64,000 bases of DNA from Candidatus Marinacidobacterales bacterium (GTDB lineage Bacteria > Acidobacteriota > Vicinamibacteria > Marinacidobacterales > DATDRI01), in the NCBI GenBank assembly GCA_965222425.1, contig CBDCTW010000008.1, forward strand, positions 178,248 to 242,247, in the 5' to 3' direction. A program made the translations under genes and the position numbers. The notes beneath the pieces are model-generated. The model saw nothing but the letters and a program-made list of their open reading frames with translations. It ran no database searches and had not been told where the DNA came from. Below, in pieces: positions 1 to 11,644 of the stretch (within the stretch, counting starts at the first letter, position 1; each line of letters opens with the position of its first letter).

Positions 1-267
1 GCGAAGGACGGGTACGAATCTTTTATCTGGACGGGGAGAAGCACGTCCGAGAGACTCCAAATGGGACGAAGCTCGAGACCATCGCTCATTGGAACGGCAG
101 GCAGATTCTCATCGAGCAAGGAGGCGAAGGACGAGGGAACTATCAATGAGGTGTATGAGCTCGGGTCGGACCCCAACGTACTGGTGGTGATGTTCCGGTT
201 GAAAATTAAGCGGCTCAAAGAGCCCATCGTGATTAAGAGTGTCTACGACGCGGTAACAGACGGCTGA
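1..267 (+). other. 3' end of an upstream gene running off the window edge. Frame 3 is open from base 3 to a TGA at 147-149 (...GRQILIEQGGEGRGNYQ) and frame 1 is open from base 1 to 267. Function unknown, possibly frameshifted.
   Basis: Open reading frames start at the window edge with no start codon. Read by hand only. Confidence 0.2.
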
Positions 268-345
268 GGTTCGAAAAAAGACCCGGGAGATGTCCTCCCA
301 TGTCTTTGCTTATTGGCCAATATTGGGCAAATTGTATGCTGGTAT

Positions 346-1038
346 TCAGAATCGAAACTGAGCGGCCACGTTGGCGGTGAACCCTTCCAGCCGATCGTCG
401 AAGCGACCCGCTGCTCCGATGAACCGATAACCTCCGCCGAAACCGAGGCGAAACTTCTCGGTCACGTTCAACGTAACGTTGACCTCCGGCTCCCATCACC
501 AAGAACGCCTCTTTCACTTCGAGGCGGCTATCGAGATCGATGCCCTCGAATGGAAAGCGTCCTCTCAGCCTCTCGACCAAGTTTCCAAGATTGATATTAC
601 CAGGGTCGAGGTTTCCCGAACCGAAGTTCCCCTGACCGGGAAAACGGCCGCCTAGGAATGGGAGTCCCTCGAGTCGAAACCGATTTAGGGTTGCGGTACC
701 GCCGCCGACGAGACCCCTGACGGAAATATTCGCGACGCGCAAAGGATTGAAGAAGTACTCGAGGACTGCGCCCCCGTACTTCATGTCGGACTCGTTGCCC
801 CGTTGGTTTGAAAATAGGCGGCTCCGCCGATCAAGAACTTCTGATTGATCAGCCATCCTCCGTAAAAGCCGGCTAGGCCGGCGAACTCACCGTCCACCTC
901 GGTGAATTTGTAGTCCGGAGCGATGGGGAAATTGCTCCCGATACCGCCCTGGGTCAGCGTCTGCGTGGTTTGGCCCAGAACGGGACTGGTGAACAGGAGC
1001 ATAAATCCTAGGATTGTGAAGTTAGACTTTCTGAACAT
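346..1038 (-). pseudogene. Outer-membrane beta-barrel protein with a signal peptide (MFRKSNFTILGFMLLFTSPVLG). The reading frame changes twice, near 781-800 and near 490-500.
   Basis: The N-terminal segment (ORF 781..1134) and the C-terminal segment (...NVTLNVTEKFRLGFGGGYRFIGAAGRFDDRLEGFTANVAAQFRF, stop at 346-348) are in the same frame. The middle segment is in the 233..856 frame. The C-terminal aromatic ending is typical of a beta-barrel. Confidence 0.45.
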
Positions 1039-1274
1039 CTCTGCCTCAACTTTCTGTGTAGGGCACCTGGCCGCATTGATTGCTAGCACCTTCGTATTTT
1101 GGCGCCAGATGGCTTCACACAAGTACTGGCTCATTAGCCATCAACTGCCAGAGCATTATCGGTGCCACTGGCACTGCTGTGATTCTACTTTTGAATCAAG
1201 GGCTTCGGGACGATGGTCATGCGATTCTGTCCCTTTGCGGCGACAAGGTGTCTACTTTGGCGGATTCTTTCTCG

Positions 1275-2177
1275 CTATTCGGTAGGAGGTTTGGCGGTGG
1301 GAGCGATCGTGACGAGGTCCAGGGGGTTGACGCGGGCCTTGTTGAGCCGGGCGGACCAATGAAGGTGAGGACCGGTAACCCGCCCCGTCGCGCCCACCCG
1401 TCCTATCACCTCGCCGGGTTTCACGACTTGGCCATTCTTGACCGCCATCGATTCGAGATGGCCGTAGAACGTATAAAGTCCGAGGCCATGGTCGAGCACG
1501 ATGGTGTTCCCGGAAAAGAAGAGGTCGCTGGCCATGACGACGCGACCACGTTGCGGGGCACGCACCGGCGTGCCGGCGGGAGCGGGGAAGTCTTCACCAC
1601 TGTGCGGCGAGCGCGGCTGGTCGTTGAGGATTCGTCTCTTGCCGAAGCTTCCCGATCCTTTGACGCCCTTCACGGGTAGTTGGAAGGCTCCTTCCCAGAG
1701 GCGTGCCGCCGTCACCGCTCGAAAGATCCGCAGGAGTTGGTTGGTTTCTCTTCGCGATCTTTCGAGGTCCTCGGCGCTTAAATCGACGAACTTCTTCTGC
1801 ACCGTAATTTTCTGGACCACGAAGTTCCCGTCCCGAATGGTCACCGGAGTGCTGCAGCCTATCTCTTGACCGTTGCTCCGTTTCGATTCAACGGTAAGCG
1901 GAAGTTGGGAGGCCCTACGGCGGAGATCCACACCTAACAAGGCAAGGTGAGAGTCGCCTTCCTGCCAGAAGTGCAGCGACTGGTCGGCCCAGGTAGCTTT
2001 GACCTCCGCGGGGAATGCACTACGGACTTCGAGGAGGATAATGGCGCCTTGGGGCGGTTCTATCGTGCTCAGCGTCAACTCCAAACCGGCCGCACAGTCG
2101 ATCGTCTCCTCGGTCGAGGAGGACGCGACCGGCGAGGTCAATAGGGCAACGGTGAGCACCGCACATGCGGTTCTCAT
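1275..2177 (-). CDS. M23-family (LytM-like) metallopeptidase with an N-terminal signal peptide.
   Basis: Shows the HSGEDF...GTPVRAP...GNTIVLDHGLGLYTFYGHLESMAVKNGQVVKPGEVIGRVGATGRVTGPHLHW motifs that are typical of the M23 family. ATG at 2175-2177. Confidence 0.8.
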   Translation of the reverse strand: MRTACAVLTVALLTSPVASSSTEETIDCAAGLELTLSTIEPPQGAIILLEVRSAFPAEVKATWADQSLHFWQEGDSHLALLGVDLRRRASQLPLTVESKRSNGQEIGCSTPVTIRDGNFVVQKITVQKKFVDLSAEDLERSRRETNQLLRIFRAVTAARLWEGAFQLPVKGVKGSGSFGKRRILNDQPRSPHSGEDFPAPAGTPVRAPQRGRVVMASDLFFSGNTIVLDHGLGLYTFYGHLESMAVKNGQVVKPGEVIGRVGATGRVTGPHLHWSARLNKARVNPLDLVTIAPTAKPPTE

Positions 2178-2397
2178 TACACCCACACTATATCAATAGT
2201 GAGCGGTATCCCTGAACCAGCAAGCTTTGTCTTGGCGTAGCCGATAAAGATCCTCGAAGGTGCTCGGCAGCGCATCCCACATATGGTGGAAACTCGATGA
2301 TGACACGCATTTGGCGCTCCGTCGAACGCCCGACATTGTCAAATTGAAGCGTCGTCCTTGCTCGATGAGCTAGAATAGGAGGGCAGTTGGACTTCGG

Positions 2398-2472
2398 GGG
2401 CGGTTAGCTCAGTGGGAGAGCGCTTGCCTTACAAGCAAGATGTCACAGGTTCAAATCCTGTACCGCCCACCA
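2398..2472 (+). tRNA. tRNA-Val, anticodon TAC.
   Basis: Cloverleaf folded by hand: acceptor GGGCGGT/ACCGCCC, D arm GCTC-AGTGGGA-GAGC, anticodon arm CTTGC-CTTACAA-GCAAG, T arm ACAGG-TTCAAAT-CCTGT, discriminator A, encoded CCA. Confidence 0.85.
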
Positions 2473-4633
2473 GACCCCACGTAGATTGGCCCCCGTCCGG
2501 CTGTTGTACTTTGCCCCAGCGCCAGCTAGGGAGCTTGGGGCCAGCAACTTTACTGTCGGAATTCGACAAATCGAGAGAGCCATTTCAATGCGGCGCAGCT
2601 TGGCCCGACGGGCTCTGTGTGTCCTCTTGACGCTGGCAGCCTGCAGTCCCTTTGTTTGGGCAAAGGACACCGCCATCGCCGCCATTGATGGGCCCGAGCC
2701 GCCCATGCCCCCCGCGGTGCTGAGCCGTGACACCGAGGGCCGTCTCACGCTGCGGGCCACCCGTCTGGCCGAGCCCATCGTCGTCGACGGCCGCCTCGCG
2801 GAGCTCATCTACCGCCAGGTTCCGTCGATGACGGAGTTCATTCAACAGGAGCCCATCGAGGGCGAGCTCGCGACCGAACAGACGGAAGTCTGGGTCTTTT
2901 TCGATGACGACAACATCCATGTCTCTGCCCGCTGCTGGGACAGCCATCCAGAGAGAATGGTGGCCAACGAAATGCGGAGGGACAACCGGAACATACAAAA
3001 CAACGAGAATTTCGCGGTTATCTTCGACACCTTTTACGACCGGCGCAACGGATTCCTCTTCCACACTAATCCGTTGGGGGCGATCTTCGACGCTCAAGTC
3101 ACTGACGAGAGGATTGTCAATTCGGACTGGAACACCGTGTGGGACGTAAAAACCGGCCGTTGGCAACGTGGTTGGCTGGTGGAGATGAAAATCCCATTCC
3201 GGTCGCTTCGCTATAAAGGCGTCGATACCGAGATTTGGGGGATCAACTTCAGGCGCATCGTGAGGTGGAAGAACGAAACGAGCTATCTGACGCCCGTTGC
3301 CGCCGCCTTCCGCCAAGCTGGTATCGCCAAGCTCTCTCAGGGAGCGACAATGGTAGGTCTCGAGACACCCTCGCAGGCCCTCAACCTCGAGCTCAAACCC
3401 TACGCCATCGCCGCGGCCAACACCGATCTGGAAGCCGACCCCCCGCTCGAGAACGACCTCGACGGCGACGTCGGTTTCGATCTCAAGTACGGAGTCCTCG
3501 TGGCTTGACATTCGACTTCACATTGAACACCGACTTCGCCCAAGTGGAGGCCGACGAGCAGCAGGTGAATTTGACGCGGTTCGGTCTCTTCTTCCCCGAG
3601 AAACGTGATTTTTTCCTCGAGGGTAAGGATATTTTTGCTTTCGGTGGAGTCGGCACGAGGCGAGGGTTCGAACGTGCCGATAACACCCCCATCATGTTTT
3701 TCAGTCGGCAGATCGGGCTCTACGATGAAGAGGTGGTGCCCATCAACGCCGGCGCACGGCTCACCGGCCGCGCGGGAGCCTACACGTTGGGCTTACTGGC
3801 GATTCAGACTGATGAGCTCCCGCAACTGGCGATCCCTAAGACGGATTTCGGTGTTGTGCGCGTGAAACGAGACGTGCTTCGCCGCAGCAACATTGGATTC
3901 ATCGGCACGTACCGGTCACCCGTTTTCGAAGCCAACGACACGAACGATTCGAACCAATTGTTTGGCATCGACGGAAACTTCACCTTTTACCAGAACGTGA
4001 ACGTTAGCGCCTACTACGCGCGAAGCGAAACAACCGGTTTGAGTGGGGATAACGCCAGTTATCGCGGCCGCTTCCACTATGGAGGCGATTTATGGGCTTT
4101 CGAGGTCGAGCACTTGGTGGTGGAGGAGAATTTCAACCCTGAGATCGGTTTTTTACGCCGGGAAGACATTGAGCAAAGTTTCGCGGAGCTGCGCTTCAAT
4201 CCCCGCCCACAATGGAGTGACGCGATACGGAAGTTCACTGTCAAAGGGAATTTCGACTACATCAATAATCGCGATGGGCAGCTCGAGTCGCGACGGGCCA
4301 ACTTCTCGTTCGGTATCGATTTCGAGAGCGGTGATCGCTTCTTCAGTTCGTATACCCGGAACTTCGAGTTCTTGGATGAAGAGTTCGACATCACCGATGA
4401 CGTGATCATTCCCTTTGGCGAGTACCGATTCAACCGCTACGAGGCTGGGTACCGATTCGGCCCACAGCGGAGGGTGTCTGGCTTGATCGGCCTAGAGAGG
4501 GGGACCTTCTACAGTGGCGATCGGACCGAGTTGTTCTACTTCGGCCGGTGGGAGCTGACCAAACAGCTGTCCCTCGAGCCTAGTGAACCGCCCCGGGTTT
4601 CCCGGAGACTCCAACTCTTGAGAGGATGGAGTC

Positions 4634-5868
<1,235 letters not shown>

Positions 5869-6203
5869 AACAGTCTCCGGAAAACCCGGGGCGGTTCACT
5901 AGGCTTTCCCTCAATTGGGTCGACTTGCCCGAAGGCAGCTTCACCACCAATCTGGTTCGGTTGTGGGTCAACTACATGATCTCGCCGCGTATCTTCTTGG
6001 GCGCACTGGTGCAGTACAATTCAAGCGACAATCTGGCCGCAACCAACATCCGCTTTCGCTGGGAGTATCAGCCGGGGAGTGACTTCTTTGTCGTGTACAG
6101 CGACGGAAGAGACGCGCTTCTGCTCGATGATAGAGGATTGCCGCGGCTAGAGACACGCTCCTTGGTCATCAAGTTCACACGATTCTTCCGGTTCTAGCCC
6201 GAT

Positions 6204-7041
6204 CTAAAACGTCTGGTAGTAGCCGACGTTAAGTATGGGACCCGCCGGCCAGCTTCGCCCGCGGACGCTGACGGGCACCGTGAACTCGATACTCTGCGTG
6301 GGGGAGATCGCGAAGATCACTCCTGGTTCTACGTAAATTATCTCTCGTCGCAGCGTTGCAATGGAGAGCCCGAGCTCGTGGCGTCGAAGCCGTAGAGCCC
6401 GCGAACGAGTCCCTTGAACATGACGGGATCCATCGATAGCCGCCCTCGAAGCTCCAAAAGATCTCGTCTCCCGGATCGATGCCGTTTTCCTCGTTCTCGG
6501 TTCGGAAACGGTAACTTAATTTGCCGTTGACGTAGCCCGGTCGTGGCCACAGAGAGCGGCCCACCTCGACATCGACTTCGAAGTCGTATCGTCCTTCACC
6601 CACGGGCACGATCTCGGCATCGTTGACGAACTCACCGGTAGGAAATTTGACGGCGGCTCCAACTGTGGCAACGACCGTATCCTGAACGAAGTTCCAGTGC
6701 GCCCCTGCTCTGACATCTCCGATTCCGGTGGAGCTTCGGTCGTCGGCGAGATCATCGAATCGGATGTTGTAGACAGGCAGTGGGGCCAGGGCCTCGAAGC
6801 CGGCACCGAGCCCAAGTCGATACTCGAAAAACGCGGCGGTGACTTCGCTTTGTCCGTCGAAGAAATAGGGGATTCTCTCGCCGTCTAGGAAGTAACGCTC
6901 GTCGGTGTTCTGATAGGCGAAGCCGATGGGGGACCAGCTCACGCCTTTGGGATAGACCCACGCGCCCGCGTAGGCCGGCTGTGCCGCGCCAATGAGTGCT
7001 GCGGCCGCCAGAGCTAACGCGGGCAGGAGACGAGACTTCAT
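6204..7041 (-). pseudogene. Outer-membrane beta-barrel protein with a signal peptide (MKSRLLPALALAAAALIGAAQPAYA). The C-terminal third can only be read through two further frame changes.
   Basis: Frame A reads ...EIFWSFEGGYRW, frame B reads DPVMFKGLVRGLYGFDATSS, and frame C reads ...IIYVEPGVIFAISPTQSIEFTVPVSVRGRSWPAGPILNVGYYQTF ending at stop 6204-6206. The track ORF 6229..7209 ends in an Arg-rich out-of-frame tail. Confidence 0.45.
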
Positions 7042-7334
7042 CTCGAGATGCCCCGATACTTGCCGTCCTGCCTTCTCATTATCAAGAACTACCTCGAGGC
7101 CTGAGAAAAGTGTCGGAAATCTAACAGCCCGGTGAGCCCAACTGCGGCAACTATAGTAGTAGTATCGGAGGAAGGGACCCATAGTACCATGATTCGCAGC
7201 CATCCTCACCGTAACTCTGTGCGGCGCCGGTTTCCTTTCCTCAACGCCAACGACGTACCGTGAATGGCGAGGTCCAGTTTCGAGGTCTCTAAGTAGGCAG
7301 AAATAGTGTACGATCCGACCTATCTCCGAAAATC

Positions 7335-8393
7335 ATGGCCAAGCAGCGCGTCGCGGTTTTGTACGATATCTGGTGGGACGATGACGATGCGCCGCCAGAG
7401 AAGCCGCGCAGCGGCAAACCGCGCAGCGGCAAACCGCGCAAACGTGAGAAGGAAGTTCACGAAGAGGTGTACGCCACTCTCAAGAAGCTAGGCTACCAAC
7501 CTTTCTATTGTGTTCTGGACGGCGAGCCCACATCGCTCGCCAAATTAGCCTCGTCCGAGGCGGCGCTCATTTTCAATCTTACCGAGTCCTACGCCGGCGA
7601 CGACACCAAAGACATGCACATTGCCGCGTTTTTGGACCTGATGAGAAAGAAGTACACCGGAGGGGGTCCTCACGCCTTGCATCTGGCCCAGGACAAGACA
7701 CTAGCGAAAAAGCTTCTTTCGTTTCACGGCATTCGGACTCCTTATTTCGTAGTTTCCTATCGGGGCAAGACCGATTGGGCCGATGATATTTCATTTCCTT
7801 TGATCGTGAAGCCTCAGGCCGAGGACGGCTCCATCGGGATCGACGCCGGTTCGGTGGTCACGAGCGTCAAAGAGCTGATGCAGCGGATCGACTACATTCA
7901 CACCCGCTTCGACAGCCCCGCCTTGATCGAAGAGTACATCGAAGGCCGCGAGATTTATGTAGGCGTGGTAGGGAACGAAAGGCCAGAAGCCCTGCCGTTG
8001 GTCGAGCTGGACCTTTCTCGGGTTCCCGGCGATGTGCCGAAGATCGCGGGTACCGAAGTCAAATGGTTGAAGGAGACCAAACTCTATAAAGTCACCGAGG
8101 CTTTCATGCCCGACGATCTTCCGGTTGAGACGGAGAAGTTTCTAAAGGAGACCGCGGTGGCGGCGTACCAGGCATTGAAGTGTCGTGACTACGGTCGGGT
8201 CGATATTCGACTGGCCAAGGACGGCACGGTGTACGTTCTCGAAGTGAACCCCAACCCATGGCTCGCTTCGTTCACCGAGTTCTCGATGGCCTGGCGAGGC
8301 ACCGGGCGCACGTATCCGCAGCTCATTCAATACATCGTGGATATGGCTTTCGCCCGGTACGCGCAGCCCGCGCCGGTGCAAGCTCCAGAGTGA
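7335..8393 (+). CDS. D-alanine--D-alanine ligase-like ATP-grasp family protein.
   Basis: ATP-grasp motifs: ...FPLIVKPQAEDGSIGI...EEYIEGREIYVGVVG...GRVDIRLAKDGTVYVLEVNPNP.... N-terminal low-complexity region with PRSGKPRSGKPR. Confidence 0.65.
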   Translation: MAKQRVAVLYDIWWDDDDAPPEKPRSGKPRSGKPRKREKEVHEEVYATLKKLGYQPFYCVLDGEPTSLAKLASSEAALIFNLTESYAGDDTKDMHIAAFLDLMRKKYTGGGPHALHLAQDKTLAKKLLSFHGIRTPYFVVSYRGKTDWADDISFPLIVKPQAEDGSIGIDAGSVVTSVKELMQRIDYIHTRFDSPALIEEYIEGREIYVGVVGNERPEALPLVELDLSRVPGDVPKIAGTEVKWLKETKLYKVTEAFMPDDLPVETEKFLKETAVAAYQALKCRDYGRVDIRLAKDGTVYVLEVNPNPWLASFTEFSMAWRGTGRTYPQLIQYIVDMAFARYAQPAPVQAPE

Positions 8394-8415
8394 TCGGTTT
8401 ACTGATACAGGAGCA

Positions 8416-9381
8416 CTAGCTAAGCGACATCGCCGGATCCCCGAACAGGTGATAAATGCTGAGGAGCTCGAGGTAGCCACCGGACTCGGCAAACTTCGAC
8501 TGCGCGGCGAGGATGGCGTCTCCGAGAGTCGTGTGTCCTCCGTGTAAGAGCTCGGTGAGCAAGAGACGGTGATAGAAGTGAGCGGGTCTATCGAGACTCT
8601 CTCCACTGGGGGAAAAAGCAGCGATGATGCCCTTGCCGTCCGCCTTCAAGAGCGTCTCCGATAAGGAATCGTAAGTCGGGAACTGGAAGTAGCCGTTCAA
8701 GCAGTTCATGGTGAGAAGCAAGGGGTATTGCGCGGGATAGTCCAAAGACTCCACGTGGTCGGTGCGCAAGATGTTCTCGGACCACAAATTTATAGCACCG
8801 TGACCGATGTAGCTGACCAACGAAGCCCCCTCGCCGAAAGCATTGAGAATGGCGTCGTGAGTGGCGGCGGTCCCCAGGTCGTCGAGATAGATCTTGTGAA
8901 CGTCGTTGCCTGAGAGAACCGTGGCGGCTAACTCTTCGGCATGGGCCTCGAAGTCCCCGGCTCTTGGGTCGGGCCGGTCGGCAATGAGCACCGCCCGACC
9001 ATGAAGTCCCATACTTTCCGTTTCATAAGCGACGATCTTGTTCACCATGGCCTGGGCTTCTTCGAGATTGGCGGCCGGGAGTCTTCCAATCGTGAGGTCG
9101 GGCAGCAAGTCGTCCCCGTTGACCGCGGCATAGGCGGGGTCGGAAGCGGTCCAGAGGTAGTTGGTGTTCAACGGATACGGGGGTACCTGGTTTTGGACAC
9201 CCCATCCGAAGTAGTCCTTGAAGTCGAACGTTGCGTCCCCGAGGAGCAAGACGTATCGAGGAGGAGTCCTCCAGTGATGGTATGCGTGCTCGAGGAAGCC
9301 CCGTATCGCTTCAGGCCGGGTCTCGCCATGACCGAACTCGGAGTAGATCTGCTCGATGGGAACGGCGAGTGGGGTGAGACC
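8416..9381 (-). pseudogene. Peptidase C25 (gingipain-like) family gene, truncated at its 5' end.
   Basis: ...PLAVPIEQIYSEFGHGETRPEAIRGFLEHAYHHWRTPPRYVLLLGDATFDF...HGAINLW...LLLTMNCLNGYF. The frame is open upstream only to a TAA at 9382-9384, and the sequence beyond that is unrelated. Confidence 0.55.
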
Positions 9382-9467
9382 TTATGGGGAGGGCGGGACG
9401 CCTTTGTCAACCCAACTCCTTCGCAGGTAGGGCCTTGCGGGAGGGGTGGGCGAGAGGCAGGCAGGCA

Positions 9468-9767
9468 CTAGGCCTTCGGACACTCTTCGATGGCGTGGAT
9501 GCTCGAGAGTTGTTCCACGAATTGCGACACGTCAGCCTCGGCCTGCTCGGTGCTCACATCGAACTCGTCGACGATGACCGCGCAGATGTCGCGGACGGAG
9601 CGCTTCCCATCGACGAGCTCGTAGACTCGAGCAGCCACTTCGTTCAACGTATAGAGGTTTTTCATTTCTGCGACGCTATCTCGGAGCGGCACGAGAATCA
9701 CCTCGTCCACAATCTTGCGCGAGGCCACGCGATCTTTGAGGCAGTAGATCTTGTCCAAATCCATCAT
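9468..9767 (-). CDS. PqqD-family protein (RiPP recognition element, peptide chaperone), stand-alone.
   Basis: MMDLDKIYCLKDRVASRKIVDEVILVPLRDSVAEMKNLYTLNEVAARVYELVDGKRSVRDICAVIVDEFDVSTEQAEADVSQFVEQLSSIHAIEE. About 100 aa with the PqqD consensus pattern. The track ORF extends upstream to 9911 with a low-complexity N-terminus. Confidence 0.65.
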   Translation of the reverse strand: MMDLDKIYCLKDRVASRKIVDEVILVPLRDSVAEMKNLYTLNEVAARVYELVDGKRSVRDICAVIVDEFDVSTEQAEADVSQFVEQLSSIHAIEECPKA

Positions 9768-9945
9768 CGTCGAGCCATTTCGATTAGGTGATGAGGAAGG
9801 CCAGGCCGGTAGCGGTGATGGTCGAGAGGCCCACCAGCATCCACAGGCCAAGACACCGCCGACGGTCTTTTTCGCGTGCCTGGCTGGTGTTCGCCCGGCC
9901 AGTTTCTCCATTCATTCGATGCAGGCCCCGCATCCCCATCACGAC

Positions 9946-10155
9946 TCACGTCTCGCTCGAAGCCTGAACCAACCCCGAGAACGCAATCAACAGCGGAACG
10001 GCAAGCACCAGACGGGCGAGCCTTGGAGCGTCCGTCCCCACGAGCGCGAACAGGATGAGAAGGCTTGCCCCCAGGCCAATGGCCCCGAATCGCCAACGCC
10101 GGCGCACTCCGCTCGGGCCGATGTTGCGTCGTCCCGGAACGTAGTTGGCTTCCAT
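9946..10155 (-). CDS. Small membrane protein (69 aa) with a basic N-terminus and two predicted transmembrane helices.
   Basis: MEANYVPGRRNIGPSGVRRRWRFGAIGLGASLLILFALVGTDAPRLARLVLAVPLLIAFSGLVQASSET. ATG at 10153-10155. Confidence 0.4.
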   Translation of the reverse strand: MEANYVPGRRNIGPSGVRRRWRFGAIGLGASLLILFALVGTDAPRLARLVLAVPLLIAFSGLVQASSET

Positions 10156-10347
10156 AGAAGCCTGAGTTTAACGGAATCGAGCCTCGTGTGCTACGGCCGC
10201 CTGGCCAAGTCAAGTTGTGGCACCAGCATATTTTGGCGGCCTAACGGTTCCGTTGATTGGAGCAACCCCATATTGGGGTGCGGCAGGATCTGAGAGCCGC
10301 CTAGCTAGCAGGTCAGTCCCGTAATTCAGGACTGGAGGAGAGTGTCG

Positions 10348-10848
10348 TTACCAAATCCAGACCCTGACCTCCTCGTCGGCGGTGCGGACGTGAACCAAGT
10401 CCGTGTTCGAGATCTGTCCCAACGCCCTTACGACGTCGCAAGCCTCGAAGGCTTCACCGTCGTAGTGGTGAATCAACTCCGCCACCGCTTCCAGGGGCAC
10501 GATGACCGAGACATCTTCGTGCTGGCTGTGTACGGTCACCTCCAGATCACTCCCGAATTTCGAGATGAGGACCGTCTCGTCGCCATCCTGCACGCTAACG
10601 AAGTCTCCATCGGGAGCGATGATGAGCTCCTCGAGAACTCTTTCCGCGGCTTCCTGATACTCTGCGAACTCGGGGCAGGGGATGCGGGTAAACTCTTCTG
10701 GAGCGAAGGCGACCGCTGCTCTCGTGACGACCAAGGGCACTGGAATCACGAAATGGTTTCCATCTGCTGTCACGTCCACGACGATGTAGCTCGCGCTCGC
10801 TAACATGGCGACGAAGGCCAAGGGTAGGACGGCGGCCACTTTGAACAT
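10348..10848 (-). CDS. Secreted or membrane-anchored acidic repeat protein, paralog B.
   Basis: N-terminal hydrophobic segment MFKVAAVLPLAFVAMLASA. The C-terminus ...DLVHVRTADEEVRVWIW parallels paralog A's ...DIVRVDDGKSRVRIWV. Confidence 0.45.
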   Translation of the reverse strand: MFKVAAVLPLAFVAMLASASYIVVDVTADGNHFVIPVPLVVTRAAVAFAPEEFTRIPCPEFAEYQEAAERVLEELIIAPDGDFVSVQDGDETVLISKFGSDLEVTVHSQHEDVSVIVPLEAVAELIHHYDGEAFEACDVVRALGQISNTDLVHVRTADEEVRVWIW

Positions 10849-10850
10849 CT

Positions 10851-11426
10851 TTATCTCCCTTCGTCGACCCAGATGCGAACGCGACTCTTGCCGTCGTCCA
10901 CTCGAACGATATCGCCTCGATGATCCTTGAGCTGAGCGACCGCTTCCCGCAGGTTGAACTGTTCTCCCTCGCCAGAAAGCAAGGCATCCACGACCGCCAC
11001 GGGCACCTCGACATGTACCTCTTCTTTACCCGTCTCGTCGTCAGTCTGATCGACCTCGATGACGATGTGCTCGCCCCGGCGCAGGATGTGGACGCGTTCA
11101 CCTTGTTTCTCCACCGTAACGAACTCTTCCTCGCCTGCGGCACGAAACTCTTGCCACAGTCTTCTCAGATCGCTAATGGAAAGACCGTGGTGATCGAGGT
11201 GGCCTTGGGCCTCCTCGAGCGCCTCGTCAGGAACGATGTCGATGGCGACTTCCACGAGTGATAAAGGCAGGTTGATGTTTACTTTCTCGGCGTCATCACC
11301 CTCGCTGTTCACCTGTATGTGAATCCAGGGAGTCTTCTCCTTCGTGGGTTCCTGGGCGTTCGCGATGGTGCTCAGGACCACGAGAAGGGCCGCTAAGAGG
11401 GCAATACCGTAGGCGGGTCGTTTCAT
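10851..11426 (-). CDS. Secreted acidic protein with internal tandem repeats, paralog A.
   Basis: Signal peptide MKRPAYGIALLAALLVVLSTIANA. Two internal repeats (IHIQVNSEGDDAEKVNINLPLSLVEVAIDIV... and VHILRRGEHIVIEVDQTDDETGKEEVHVEVPVAVVDALL...). Its stop lies 2 nt before the start of paralog B. Confidence 0.45.
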   Translation of the reverse strand: MKRPAYGIALLAALLVVLSTIANAQEPTKEKTPWIHIQVNSEGDDAEKVNINLPLSLVEVAIDIVPDEALEEAQGHLDHHGLSISDLRRLWQEFRAAGEEEFVTVEKQGERVHILRRGEHIVIEVDQTDDETGKEEVHVEVPVAVVDALLSGEGEQFNLREAVAQLKDHRGDIVRVDDGKSRVRIWVDEGR

Positions 11427-11644
11427 GGGCTTCCTCCATACGCCGGCGATTCCGGCGACTCTCATCCCCATATACGGAGGTCCGAGCGCCAATGTTCACG
11501 GTTTTTCGCGGGGCCCCTGAGCGCCGCCTGGCCAGGTCCGGATGAAGCAACATTTCAGTTTGGCGGCCAGAACTAGCTCCGTCGGTGCACCAAGCTCGCT
11601 GCCGGGATCCCGAAGAGAGCCCCCGCCACGATCGTGAATCCTAC

